A stretch of 59,547 bases of DNA, counting the filler. It is 4 parts of 4 records of this genome, joined end to end, with 100 filler letters (N's around TTAATTAATTAA, not from the genome) between each part and the next. Parts side by side here need not be neighbours in the genome. Positions count along the whole stretch, not along the records: positions 1 to 23,425 come from DRR723986_9106; 3 more parts are not named here. One strand, 5' to 3'. Each line of letters opens with the position of its first letter. Position 1 is the stretch's first letter. The translations under genes were made by a program, and so were the position numbers. This document shows positions 1 through 10,300 of this stretch, piece after piece. The notes beneath the pieces are model-generated. The model did not search any database, was not told where the DNA came from, and saw only the letters and a program-made list of their open reading frames with translations.

Positions 1-456
1 CCTGTAGAAATATAGGGTGGGTGGAATGTGCTCAGGAGGTAGTTTTTCATTCCGCGGAGGAGGCGGGGAGGCCCCCTTGATCACGCAAAGTTGCGTCCAG
101 TCCATTCAGAAACTGGCCTACACAATCGAGACTGCCTGGTGGCAAGATTCGACTATTAATAAATCATCAGCATTCAAAAAATTCGAATCCACAAACAACC
201 GAAGCTCGTTCCACGTGCCCCCACACCCGTGATTAGCCACTGCCCATAAATGTATCCTGGTAGAGCCATGTCAAGTTACATTGTTAAGGTGCGAAATGAA
301 AATGTGAAGTCTTGAGCCGCGCGCATCACAAAATAAATTGTTGCAGGTGAAGACGTTTTGTGCAGTGATAGTTAATTGCGTAGCTAAACAGTTAACAACT
401 GACAGTTAACAACACGGTGCCATTTAACCAATCTTGCCCGCACGAAGTCTCGTAAC

Positions 457-1128
457 TCAAACATAGTCTTCCAGTGCAACACTGCGTACGCACATCGCGC
501 GATCGCGGTCGTCATTTGTAGCCAGGACCACACCACCACCACGGGCGGTTTGTTCTTCTACAATGCTGCGAACCACGTCCACACCGTCGCTGTCAAGGGT
601 TGCGCTCGGTTCATCCAAAAACAAGATTGCGGGCTGATGCTGAATTGCCGTGGCTAATTTTAGGCGTTGTTGCATGCCGGAAGAATATGCCGAAATGTCT
701 TCGCGCCGCAGAGGGTCCAGTCCGCAGCGTTGCAGGAGTGATGTTGAGTCGGCTTCCGTCCAACTGTTGCCGCGCAGGGAGGCCGTCAGCGCCAGATGTT
801 CGTGAGCTGAGAACTCTTCGTAGAGGCGTAGGTAGGGCGCGGCAAATCCAATCTGTTGATGCACCTGGTCCGCTCCCAGGTTTTGGCCGGCTTTAGTGTA
901 CTCCACGCTGCCGCTGCTGGGGGAGAGGACTAGCGCCAAAATTTTTAACAAAGTAGACTTGCCCGAACCATTGTGGCCTACAATTGCCAGCGTTTCGCCG
1001 GCCCTAATTTCCAGGTTGATGTTACTGAAAATTTTGCGACGGCGATAGTGTTTGCTCACCTTGGTGGCGGTTAACCCCAGCGATAAACTGGAGGATGGAG
1101 GCGCGTCGGGAGATTGTGAATTGGACAT
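457..1128 (-). CDS. ABC transporter ATP-binding protein, CcmA-like
   Basis: Walker A GHNGSGKS, signature YSSGMQQR and Walker B LFLDEP; single short NBD of 223 aa. No permease gene is adjacent in the window. Confidence 0.85.
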   Translation of the reverse strand: MSNSQSPDAPPSSSLSLGLTATKVSKHYRRRKIFSNINLEIRAGETLAIVGHNGSGKSTLLKILALVLSPSSGSVEYTKAGQNLGADQVHQQIGFAAPYLRLYEEFSAHEHLALTASLRGNSWTEADSTSLLQRCGLDPLRREDISAYSSGMQQRLKLATAIQHQPAILFLDEPSATLDSDGVDVVRSIVEEQTARGGGVVLATNDDRDRAMCVRSVALEDYV

Positions 1129-1264
1129 GAAGTTTGCTGTGCCACCCTGATTAAACTTTTGGACTCTTGCTTAATAGTTCTCGTTGAGTATTCTTGCTGA
1201 ATAGGTATTGTTAAACAGGCAGGGGCTTGATGTTTTTGTTTGTCACCGAATTGGAAACTTCAAG

Positions 1265-3136
1265 TTATTCGGATGTCTTAACGAGGAACTTCCCAACGCT
1301 CTGGTCCTCCAGATACTCAAGAGCGTAAATGTACACGCCACTGGAGAGTCTGTCACCAAGTGTGGTGCGGCCATCCCAGCTGACTACGCGGAAGCCGTTA
1401 ACAATTTCAACCGGGGTACGGTCCGAATACAAAATGTGCTGCGACGCATCGTAAATTGTTAATATGGCCGTCTGCACATTTTGGTTAATCCCGGCTTCAA
1501 GTGGGAAATGTAAATCTTCATCATTGGATGCGATGTAGGGATTTGGAAAAACCGTCGGCGGGGTTTCCGAAGGCACTCCGGCATTAACGTAAGTGTTGTA
1601 ACAGAAGTCAGCTCCACGTGCATTGGAAACCTGCAAGTGATAACCGGTTGAACCAACTGGCGTTGAGTTGCCCTGCGGAGTTGATGTGCAAATCAGATTA
1701 TACTCATTGGTCGGAACATTATTAATGCCGGCATTATCCAGATCGGTACTGACGAGTGCAATGTCGACCGTGTCCGGCGTTGCCTCTTCACCTTGGGGAA
1801 GCAGAAGCCGAATAAAACGCTGCTCAAAAGGTTTAAGCGTGCCGGTCAACGTAATCGATGGCTCGCTGAAACTCTCGGTCGTGTGAAAACTTAAGAGGGG
1901 ATACAAGTCCGCGCGTTCCAGTTCGCTGCCGCGCGTGCGGTAGCCGGTGTAATACAGCCAATCGGAAAACTCACAGTATTCCTCTGCCAGACTGGACTCA
2001 AGGCGCCGCAGGCCAAGATCAAATGCTTGATAACCTGGCTCTTCTTCAGCAACGACTTCCCAGAGTTTAAGGAAAGCTTCGTCCTGGTACCGCGCCTGCA
2101 GCATCTGCGTGAATATTCCATAGTGATAACCTACGGCACATTCCGAATTCCCAAAGTTTAACTCTTCCAGGTTGCGCAGGAGATTGGGAATGAATTGCTC
2201 AAGGTCAAAGACATCTGGATGCACACGGTATTCGATCCAGGTGCTGGACAGTTCGTGAATCGCACACGTGTTCTGCACACTTCCATAGCCGCCAAGCTGG
2301 ATGGCATGATGAAATTCATGTGCAGACGTAACACGCAAAGCGCGGATGCCGGTCTCAAAGTAGGAGCGGCGGCGCTGGAAGCCTGTGCCGGTAGAGTCCG
2401 TGGGGCTAAAATTGTTGTCGATCGTTATGTATGTAGTAAAACGACCAAAGAGTCCACCATCGTCATCAATTTTTTGATCCGGGTTGGCAAGGCCGTAAAC
2501 GCCGCGTGAGCCCAGGTCATTTATGTAAATGTCATAAGCATCACTGCCTCCCTGGTTAAAGTCTGTGGGAGGCGGCAGAAATCCAATTTCGTCGATTTCA
2601 ACACGCCAGGCCAGATCAAAATAGTAGGCGACGGAATCGATAAAATCGGGAATCTCATTTTGGTTTTCGTCTGTGGGATCAACGGCATTTGGGCCTTCCA
2701 GATCGTAATGGATCAGGAAGTTGCCGGACGGAGATTGGGACTGAAATTCAGTATCGCGGCGCATCTGCACAGCTTGGCCACCCTGAACTATGTCCTGCAT
2801 TTGTTTGACGGTGTAGCTGGAGAATCCACATTTGCGGAATGGCGCCGGGACATCGGGAATATTTTCCAGCTGCCGGTAGACTTCCTGCAAGGCCGACTCA
2901 TGAGCGCTTAGTGTAAGCGCATCTGCCGTGTGATCATGATGCAAACACTGGCCGCAGTCAGCATGTGCAGTGGGATTGAGCGCCGCAGTATTGTTGTGGT
3001 TCAGCCCATCACAATGCGCCGTATCCGCAGTTTCTGTGCTGCCTGAATTGAATGCCAGACCGGCGGTCAGCGCCAGCGCGGCGCAGACAGGTAGTGCCAG
3101 AAGCGCGCGGAAGTTTGCAGAAGAAAGTGACATCAT
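1265..3136 (-). CDS. Secreted zinc metalloprotease (MXAN_6640-like) with C-terminal FlgD-Ig/T9SS-like sorting domain
   Basis: N-terminal signal peptide; HEFHH zincin motif (TSAHEFHHAIQ) with a downstream E; C-terminus has VFPNPY...WDGR...SSGVYIY...GKFLV. Confidence 0.75.
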   Translation of the reverse strand: MMSLSSANFRALLALPVCAALALTAGLAFNSGSTETADTAHCDGLNHNNTAALNPTAHADCGQCLHHDHTADALTLSAHESALQEVYRQLENIPDVPAPFRKCGFSSYTVKQMQDIVQGGQAVQMRRDTEFQSQSPSGNFLIHYDLEGPNAVDPTDENQNEIPDFIDSVAYYFDLAWRVEIDEIGFLPPPTDFNQGGSDAYDIYINDLGSRGVYGLANPDQKIDDDGGLFGRFTTYITIDNNFSPTDSTGTGFQRRRSYFETGIRALRVTSAHEFHHAIQLGGYGSVQNTCAIHELSSTWIEYRVHPDVFDLEQFIPNLLRNLEELNFGNSECAVGYHYGIFTQMLQARYQDEAFLKLWEVVAEEEPGYQAFDLGLRRLESSLAEEYCEFSDWLYYTGYRTRGSELERADLYPLLSFHTTESFSEPSITLTGTLKPFEQRFIRLLLPQGEEATPDTVDIALVSTDLDNAGINNVPTNEYNLICTSTPQGNSTPVGSTGYHLQVSNARGADFCYNTYVNAGVPSETPPTVFPNPYIASNDEDLHFPLEAGINQNVQTAILTIYDASQHILYSDRTPVEIVNGFRVVSWDGRTTLGDRLSSGVYIYALEYLEDQSVGKFLVKTSE

Positions 3137-3301
3137 ATTTCTATCGTGGAGTTGTACGTAATAAGGGGCCGCTGCGGCTATCGGTCAGTACATTTCTGCT
3201 TCAGCTGCAAAACCTTGACATCAAATGTGCAAGCGGCACTGGCAAATATACAATGCTCGCCGTCGAGTCCTGAGGTAAAAAAGCGTCGCTGCACACCAGG
3301 C

Positions 3302-4378
3302 TTATTGCTTTTTGCTTTCGTGTTCCGATGTAAACTCTTGGCGCAATCGTTGCAAAATGCCGCACTGAAGAGTTGTTCCGGGCAGGTTTTTTAGGCCGCG
3401 CCGCAGCGTCTCTTCTACTTCGTCAATAACACCGCTGCTGCGCTTCGTTTGCAGACCAATGTGATTTTGAGGATTTATGGACGGCTGATCAAGGCAAATG
3501 AGTAGAAGTTCACCGCCGCCCGGATGTTCCCAGGTGTCCGACGTTAATTCAATGGCTTCCCAACGTCCACACACAGAATTGATGTGGAAAGGGGATACGG
3601 GTTGGTTGTGTTCCTTTACAAAACGATCCCCTTCTCCGCAGATGCGCAAATGACCTTTAAGGCGCACGATTGCAGACGGCAGATCATCCAGAAATGCGGC
3701 AAGTTCGCCGGCATCGGCTGCCTGGCTGAAAGTTATGATAAATGAGGTGACGTCGTGCTCGAAGAGGCGTGGGTGATTTTCTGCCCCGGGTAAGAAGTCG
3801 CCGCGTGTTCCGAAGAGGACCTGGAGTGCGTCGGATTCCAGGTACCCGTCGCGGACTTCATACTGAATAGCTTGCGGTTTGTGATGTCGCAGCTCTGCCT
3901 GCAAACTCGTTTTAGCCTGGCTGGAGACCAGGTCGGTTTTTGAGAGCAGGAAAATATCGGCTGCTTGCACCTGTTCATCTACACTGGGCAAGGCAGCGCG
4001 CAGCTGCGCATGATTTGCGCAGTCCACGATACAGATAGTCGCCTGTGCTGTGAGGCCCATCAAATACAGGTCGTCGCGGAAGGGACGTGTCTCGGCGATG
4101 CCGGAGGCTTCCACAAAAAGTCGTTCGGGCTTGCGTGCCAGGACTTTGCGTACAACGCCACGGAACTCATCTGCGGCCGAGCAGCAAATGCAACCGCCGG
4201 GCATCTCTATGATTTCACCCTCGGTGTCGGCTGTTTTTAACTGATCAAACATCAGATCGCCAAAGTCATTGACAATCACAGCGCTCTCACCATGCAGGAG
4301 CTGCCGCGCCAAAATTTGACGTAAAAAACTGGTTTTGCCGCTGCCAAGAGCGCCTGTAATCAAATAAACCGGAATCAT
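3302..4378 (-). CDS. CobW/COG0523 family metal-chaperone GTPase
   Basis: GALGSGKT P-loop, VNDFG, GCICC metal motif, VEASG, SKTD and a C-terminal RLKG motif. Confidence 0.9.
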   Translation of the reverse strand: MIPVYLITGALGSGKTSFLRQILARQLLHGESAVIVNDFGDLMFDQLKTADTEGEIIEMPGGCICCSAADEFRGVVRKVLARKPERLFVEASGIAETRPFRDDLYLMGLTAQATICIVDCANHAQLRAALPSVDEQVQAADIFLLSKTDLVSSQAKTSLQAELRHHKPQAIQYEVRDGYLESDALQVLFGTRGDFLPGAENHPRLFEHDVTSFIITFSQAADAGELAAFLDDLPSAIVRLKGHLRICGEGDRFVKEHNQPVSPFHINSVCGRWEAIELTSDTWEHPGGGELLLICLDQPSINPQNHIGLQTKRSSGVIDEVEETLRRGLKNLPGTTLQCGILQRLRQEFTSEHESKKQ

Positions 4379-4661
4379 GCGGCTATTCTTTTTCTTGCTG
4401 ATTATTGCCTTGAGGCCTGTTACAATGTGGGTTTAGCACCTGCGGTGGTCTTGTTAGCTTCCGCAAAATTCTACAGCATTGTATGCAAATCTAAAATATT
4501 GACAATAAAGGATTGCATAGTTCCTCTATATGGCAATTTGTCGTAATACATCAGATGCCCGGTCAGGAATAGAAACGGTAGCTGCTTCGATCTCTGAAAG
4601 CCAACAATGCCGGGTTCCTGGATACAACATCTCACGAAAATATTGGATCGGAGTCTTCTCC

Positions 4662-5699
4662 ATGAAATTATCTGAATTTCGCTATGACGTCCCTAAAAAC
4701 CTGATTGCAAATTATCCAGCCGATCCGCGGGATTCATCCAAGTTAATGGTTCTGGATCGCGAAACGGGCGAAGCGGAAAACAAAGAGTTTGGTGATATTG
4801 TTTCGTACTTCCGCAAGGGAGACTGTCTTGTCCTGAATAACACACGCGTGTTTCCGGCGCGTCTGCATGGGAAAAAAGAGAAGACCAATGCCAATATTGA
4901 AGTCATGCTGCTGCGCGAACTCAAAGCAGAAGATAAAATTTGGGATGTGATTGTTGATCCGGCGCGTAAAGTGCGTATCGGCAACAAAATTTATTTTGAT
5001 GACTACAAGTTTTACTGCGAGATCATCGACAATACGACGTCTCGCGGCCGCACCGTACGCTTTAATTACGACGATGATATTTACAAAATCATCGAACGCA
5101 TTGGCCAGATGCCACTGCCAGAATACATTGAGCGCGAACCAAGCGAACTGGACAAAGACACGTATCAGACTGTCTACGCTCAGGAAACCGGATCGATTGC
5201 CGCCCCTTCGGCCGGTCTGCACTTCACCAAAAACATCATCAAGAAATTGCAGAAGAAAGGTGTGCGGATTGCATATGTAACGCTGCACATCGGTTATGGT
5301 GCCTTCCAGCCGGTGGATGTTGAAGACTTAACAAAACACAAAATGCACTCAGAGTACTTTGAGATTCCAAAAGAATCCGTTGAGCTGATCAATCGCACGC
5401 TCAAGTCCAAAGGCAATGTGTTTGCTTGTGGTGCAAGTGTGACGCGCGCGCTCGAATCCAGCGTCCTGACCAGTGGTACTGTTAAGCAGAATAAAGGCTG
5501 GACCGACAAGTTTGTTTATCCTCCATACGAGTTCAAAATTGTGAGCCGACTGATCACCGGGTTCCATCCTGAAAAGTCGACTCTGATGCTTATGAGCGCG
5601 GCTTTTGCCGGCAAGGATAAGCTGATCGAAGCATACAGCCGTGCGGCGGAAGAAGAATATCGCTTCTTTGCATATGGTGATGCTTTGATGATCAAATAA
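4662..5699 (+). CDS. queA: S-adenosylmethionine:tRNA ribosyltransferase-isomerase (divergent motifs)
   Basis: RDSSKLMVLDR, NNTRVFPARL, YQTVYA, AAPSAGLHF, HKMHSE and YGDA motifs. Start reassigned to ATG 4662 (MKLSEF), with GGAG upstream. Confidence 0.88.
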   Translation: MKLSEFRYDVPKNLIANYPADPRDSSKLMVLDRETGEAENKEFGDIVSYFRKGDCLVLNNTRVFPARLHGKKEKTNANIEVMLLRELKAEDKIWDVIVDPARKVRIGNKIYFDDYKFYCEIIDNTTSRGRTVRFNYDDDIYKIIERIGQMPLPEYIEREPSELDKDTYQTVYAQETGSIAAPSAGLHFTKNIIKKLQKKGVRIAYVTLHIGYGAFQPVDVEDLTKHKMHSEYFEIPKESVELINRTLKSKGNVFACGASVTRALESSVLTSGTVKQNKGWTDKFVYPPYEFKIVSRLITGFHPEKSTLMLMSAAFAGKDKLIEAYSRAAEEEYRFFAYGDALMIK

Positions 5700-5721
5700 G
5701 CATGCCGGAAAATGTCAATTC

Positions 5722-5754
5722 AAAAGCGGTGCCTTTGGGCACCGCTTTTTTTTT
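5722..5754 (+). terminator. Rho-independent terminator after queA
   Basis: Perfect stem AAAAGCGGTGCC-TTTG-GGCACCGCTTTT, ending in a 9-T run. Confidence 0.9.
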
Positions 5755-5776
5755 GCGCAATTTTAACGGTCTTTGC

Positions 5777-5803
5777 TAAAGATTTCGGTATTACAACCGA
5801 TAG
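5777..5803 (+). promoter_or_regulatory. Putative sigma28 (FliA/SigD) promoter
   Basis: TAAAGATT-N11-ACCGATAG versus consensus TAAAGTTT-N11-GCCGATAA (7/8 and 6/8, exact spacing), immediately after the queA terminator. Confidence 0.55.
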
Positions 5804-6130
5804 TCCTTTGGGGTACTATGTTCTTGGTACGGCATTCACCCCGGAAGATAAACGAGGTCCACTGCAGTTTGCGTGACAACTGACCGCAGCCGATTCTTGT
5901 TCAGGCCTTGCGATACTTGATTGCGGAACACGCGACGGGTTTGCAACGGCCTATTCTGCATTTATACGAGTCCCTGACTTGCAAGCTAACTGCGTGCGAG
6001 CCGGGCGGCTGTGTAGTATTATGCCGTGCCGTTCATTCTCAACTGATGTATGCGGTCGCCCGACCAATCTCCGCCAAAACAACACTAAGATTTTGGGGTA
6101 GCGGGCGTTCTTTGCAGCCTCCAGGCATGT

Positions 6131-6589
6131 ATGGTAAATGTCGTAGCCGGCAATACTGAACAGACGAGTTCCGCGCGGACGTCAAATCCGCAGGAGGAGC
6201 GTGCTATCGCCCGTTTGGAGCGTGTGCGTCGTGATGTGCTGCGCTACGAGGCGGACCTGCAACAGATGCGCCAGGACAGCGAACGTTTTGGCGAGTCGCA
6301 GGGAGACCAGAGCGCGCTTGCTGAGCGCTTGCGTGGCGGCAGACGCGACCTGGCGGCCGCGCAGGCAGACCTGGAGAATATAAGGGCCGGCCGCGCTGAG
6401 TCTGACGAAACTGATGAGAGTAACACCACGCTCAGCAACTATCTTGAACGCCGCCGCTTTTCGCGCGACTTTCCAGACGATGCGCGGCTACTGAAAACCT
6501 TCCAATTCTATACTTCTGCAGGCGCCCTGGGATCATTCTCCGGTGCCGCTGCCAACCTGCTGGGCAGCATTGTTGACGCCCAAATCTAG
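6131..6589 (+). CDS. Hypothetical coiled-coil protein with C-terminal Y-x-x-x-G...G-x-x-V-D motif
   Basis: 152-aa ORF with a charged heptad-like N-half; ends FYTSAG...LLGSIVDAQI. Confidence 0.7.
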   Translation: MVNVVAGNTEQTSSARTSNPQEERAIARLERVRRDVLRYEADLQQMRQDSERFGESQGDQSALAERLRGGRRDLAAAQADLENIRAGRAESDETDESNTTLSNYLERRRFSRDFPDDARLLKTFQFYTSAGALGSFSGAAANLLGSIVDAQI

Positions 6590-6782
6590 CAGTTTTGGGC
6601 TTTGGTCATGTGGGTGATTATCGGTATTTTCAAGTTTTGTACGCAAATCCGTTCAGCGCTCCAAAGCTGCTTCTATCGGGCTGAATCCTCCATGTAAACT
6701 ACCGTGCCCGGCACGGACGTTCACAGTGCCGACATCGGCTGGTTTCGGTACTGCGGATACTTCGTAACCCTTTCTGGTGCAT

Positions 6783-7331
6783 ATGTTTATAATACTATTT
6801 GGTGCCCCTGGCGTAGGCAAGGGCACGCAAGCTGAGTTAATGGTTCAACGCAACGGTTTGCCGCATTTCTCGACGGGAGCCGCCTTGCGTCAGGCCAAGC
6901 AGGATCAAACGCCGGAAGGCCTGGAAGCCGCCGGATACTTCGAACGTGGAGAGCTGGCGCCCGACGAACTGATTATGCGCATTGTTGAGGCTACTCTTAA
7001 CAGCCCAACATTTGCCAATGGTGCCTTACTGGATGGATTCCCGCGCAACGTGCATCAGGCGCGTGAACTGGATCGCATTCTGGCACAACGCAATCAGGCC
7101 GTAGACCACGTCATTAACATCCAGGTCGATCAGACCGATATAACCGCACGCCTGCTGGCGCGCGGACGTGATGACGATAAACCTGAAATTATCGAAAACC
7201 GATTCCAGGTATATCGCAATCAGACTGAACCGGTCCTGAACTATTATTCCGATCGCCGTGTTACTCGCAATATCGACGGCAATGCTGACATTGAAACCGT
7301 ATACACAAGAATAAACGACAATATTCAATAA
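6783..7331 (+). CDS. adk: Adenylate kinase (short-LID form)
   Basis: GAPGVGKGTQA, HFSTG, LDGFPR and the RGRDDD short LID. Confidence 0.95.
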   Translation: MFIILFGAPGVGKGTQAELMVQRNGLPHFSTGAALRQAKQDQTPEGLEAAGYFERGELAPDELIMRIVEATLNSPTFANGALLDGFPRNVHQARELDRILAQRNQAVDHVINIQVDQTDITARLLARGRDDDKPEIIENRFQVYRNQTEPVLNYYSDRRVTRNIDGNADIETVYTRINDNIQ

Positions 7332-7351
7332 TCATCCCGAGCTTAAATCAT

Positions 7352-10300
7352 ATGCTGAAGCGCAGTACTATGTCTGTCTTAGTAGTGTTGTTGATTGCAC
7401 TGACAACTTCAACACTGTGGGCGCAAATGGACTCCCGCGAGTGGCCGGTGTTCCCCTATGACGCCGAAGTCAACTATGTAGAAAATCCACCTGTCGTCCG
7501 TAAACACAAGGGCATGCTCAAATACGTGCCACCGATCTATCCACCCGAAGCGTACAAGTACAATCCAACCCGGGATCGCATTCAGATGAGTGCTGCCGGA
7601 GTTGAGATTGTTAATATGACTCCAGTGCCGCTTGACCAGACAGAAACCTGGATTGCAATCAACCCAACGGACAACCTGAATGCAATCGCCGGTTCGAATG
7701 ACTCGCGCTTCAACTCATCAGGCAACTATTTCATGGTCGGCTACTACACCAAAGATGGTGGCCGTACATGGTCCGAAACGCGTCTGCCGGCAGTTCCAGC
7801 TGATCTGATTGATGATCGCCTGCCTGAGCGTGCTACCAACTTTGATCCAGGTATCGACTTTGACTCCAAAGGCCGTGCATACTACGTTTGGGGTAAAACT
7901 CAGACTACCAGCGGTGATCTGGAAGGCGATAATGGGATTTTTGTATCGTATTCCGATGATGGTGGCGAATCCTGGGCCGAGGCTATTCCGGTGACGCTGA
8001 ATGAAGCCGACAGCCGCATCTTTGATGATAAATTTCTGCTGACGGCTGACAATCGTGAAGGTTCGGAATATATCGACAATGCCTACATTGTGTGGACAAA
8101 GTTTGACCGCAACCCAAATTCGCCAACAACGATCAATCTGGCGCGCACAGAGGGTGGCGGCGATCCTGAACTTTGGAGCACAGCTGTTGTGCCTACAAAC
8201 GGTTCAGGTGGTTCGGTGCAATCACCGATTGCAGCCATTGGTCCAAATGGTGAACTGTACGTCACATGGCGCTCACAGTCAGCATTTGAAACAAACGCAA
8301 TGTTCAACGCCTCAGAAAACGGCGGACGCGATTGGCGCTGGAACAGTGCCCAGGTAGCACAAACAGTGCAAACCACAGGTGTGCGTAACTCAGAGAGTGG
8401 TCGTTTTACACTTGTAGACAAACAATCAATGCGTATTTCGTCGGCACCGGCAATTGACGTTGATGTTTCCGGCGGTGAATATAATGGACGGATCTATATC
8501 GTTCAGGGTGGGCGTGTACTGGCTCAGGACACTGACCATCACATTCTGCTGACCTACTCCGACGATGGCGGTGCTTCGTGGACAGATCACGTTGAAGTTG
8601 ATGACAACACGACTTCCAATGACGTCTTCATGCCTTCAATTGCGGTTGATGCCGTAACTGGAAACATTGCGATACTGTACTATTCCTCACAGGATAGCCC
8701 AGACAATAACTCCGGTGTTAACGCATATGTTGCCATCTCCAGCAATGGTGGCGAGTCCTTCCGCCGCATTCGCCTGACGGACGAAACCTGGTTCATCGAC
8801 GGTTCCGGCGATGTTTCCAACCAGGGTACCGGTAACTTCTACTGGGGTGACTACAATTCTATCGACTATCGTGACGGTCGCATTCTGCCATGCTGGTGGA
8901 TGCCTGCGGCTCCAAATGCCAACTATCGTTCGATCGATGCTTACACGGCACTCCTCTCAACGGCTCCGAAGCCGGTAACGGAAGAGTCGCTGACGAACCC
9001 TTCGGAAACACCAAATATTGTTCAGCTGGCGTGGACCGACCCAGTCGAAACTCAACTGGGCGAACCGCTTGGTCCGATTTCAATTGTGATTCTGCGTCGT
9101 GACGCCGGCCAAAACGGAGACCAAAGTCAGGAAATTGGTCGCGTCGATGCTGGTGTTCAGAGCTATTCCGACGAAACGGCAGTCAACGGCCTTTCCTACA
9201 TCTACACGATTGCAGTCGAAGACCAGGCCGGCGAACGCAGCCCAGGTGTTGAGCTGACAGTCGATGTTGGTGGTGCTCTCCAGCCGCTTGCACCAGACTT
9301 CATCGTGGGAATTCCAAATGCCGAAGGCGCTACTCTGCGCTGGACAAACCCAACCGAGCGCATCGATGGTTCGGCATTCACGGATTTTGATCGCGTCGAA
9401 GTACTTCTGGGTGAGGACATCATTGCGACATTTAATGATGCCGCACAATTGATTCTCGGGGCTACCGTGGAAGGTAATCTTGCTGCCGATGCTCTGCCAC
9501 TGAATCAGTTCCATGAACTGCGACTTCGCACCGTGGCTAAGCGCGGCGAAGTTGAAACCAACTCAGGCCTCAGCGAGATGCGTGTGGTATACTCCGGTGC
9601 AGCGATTGCCGCCGGTGACTACAATGAGTCATTTGAGAATGGTGGATCCTATTCGTTCTACTCAAATTCCACATGGGGAATCACAGATGCTGCTGCTTTT
9701 GATGGCAATAGCTCCATGACAGATTCACCAGATGGCGACTACTCAAACGTTGCCGATAGCCGTTTCATTACTCCGCCGGTAATGATTGATGCTTCGACTA
9801 CGTCGTTTGAGTTTGCACACATCGGCATTATCGATGGTACAACCAACGACTTTGGTTTTGTCATGGTCAGCGCAGACTATGGTCAAAGCTGGACCTTCGT
9901 CGCCAGAGCTGAGCAGTCAATCTTCCCGCAGGATTGGACCGATGACGTGAATACCAGCAACTGGATTCAGGACCGTCGTTCGCTCGCAGACTTTCAAGGT
10001 CAAACCGTCATGGTCATGTTCCAGTTGGTTTCCAACGGGTTCCGCCAAAAAGATGGTTGGTACATCGATGGGCTGGCATTTAACAACCTGCCGGTTTCAG
10101 TTGACGAGACTGACCCAGTCGCCTACGGTTTGCACCTGAGCGACGCATTCCCGAACCCAGTTTCGGGAAGTGCCGCCATCAACTACGCTGTTCTGCGTGA
10201 TGGTGAAGTCAGCCTGGAAGTGTATAACACACTCGGTGAGCGCGTAGCAGTTCTGCACCGCGGATACACCGCAGCCGGTACACATACCGCTGAATTTGAT

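Noticed and set aside
17..232. 71-aa plus-strand ORF at the window start
   Set aside because: No motifs or clear RBS; cannot be supported.
2930..2965. CGQCLH as a c-type heme motif near a CcmA-like gene
   Set aside because: The motif is CxxCxH, not CxxCH, and lies in a protease pro-region; no ccmB/C adjacent.
4379..4661. preQ1 riboswitch or N-terminal extension of queA
   Set aside because: No preQ1 stem plus A-rich tail is recognisable. The 44 extra codons are non-homologous, and an RBS precedes ATG 4662.
6618..6644. Antisense sigma28 promoter (ACCGATAA on the minus strand)
   Set aside because: The -35 position reads GCGT, not TAAA.
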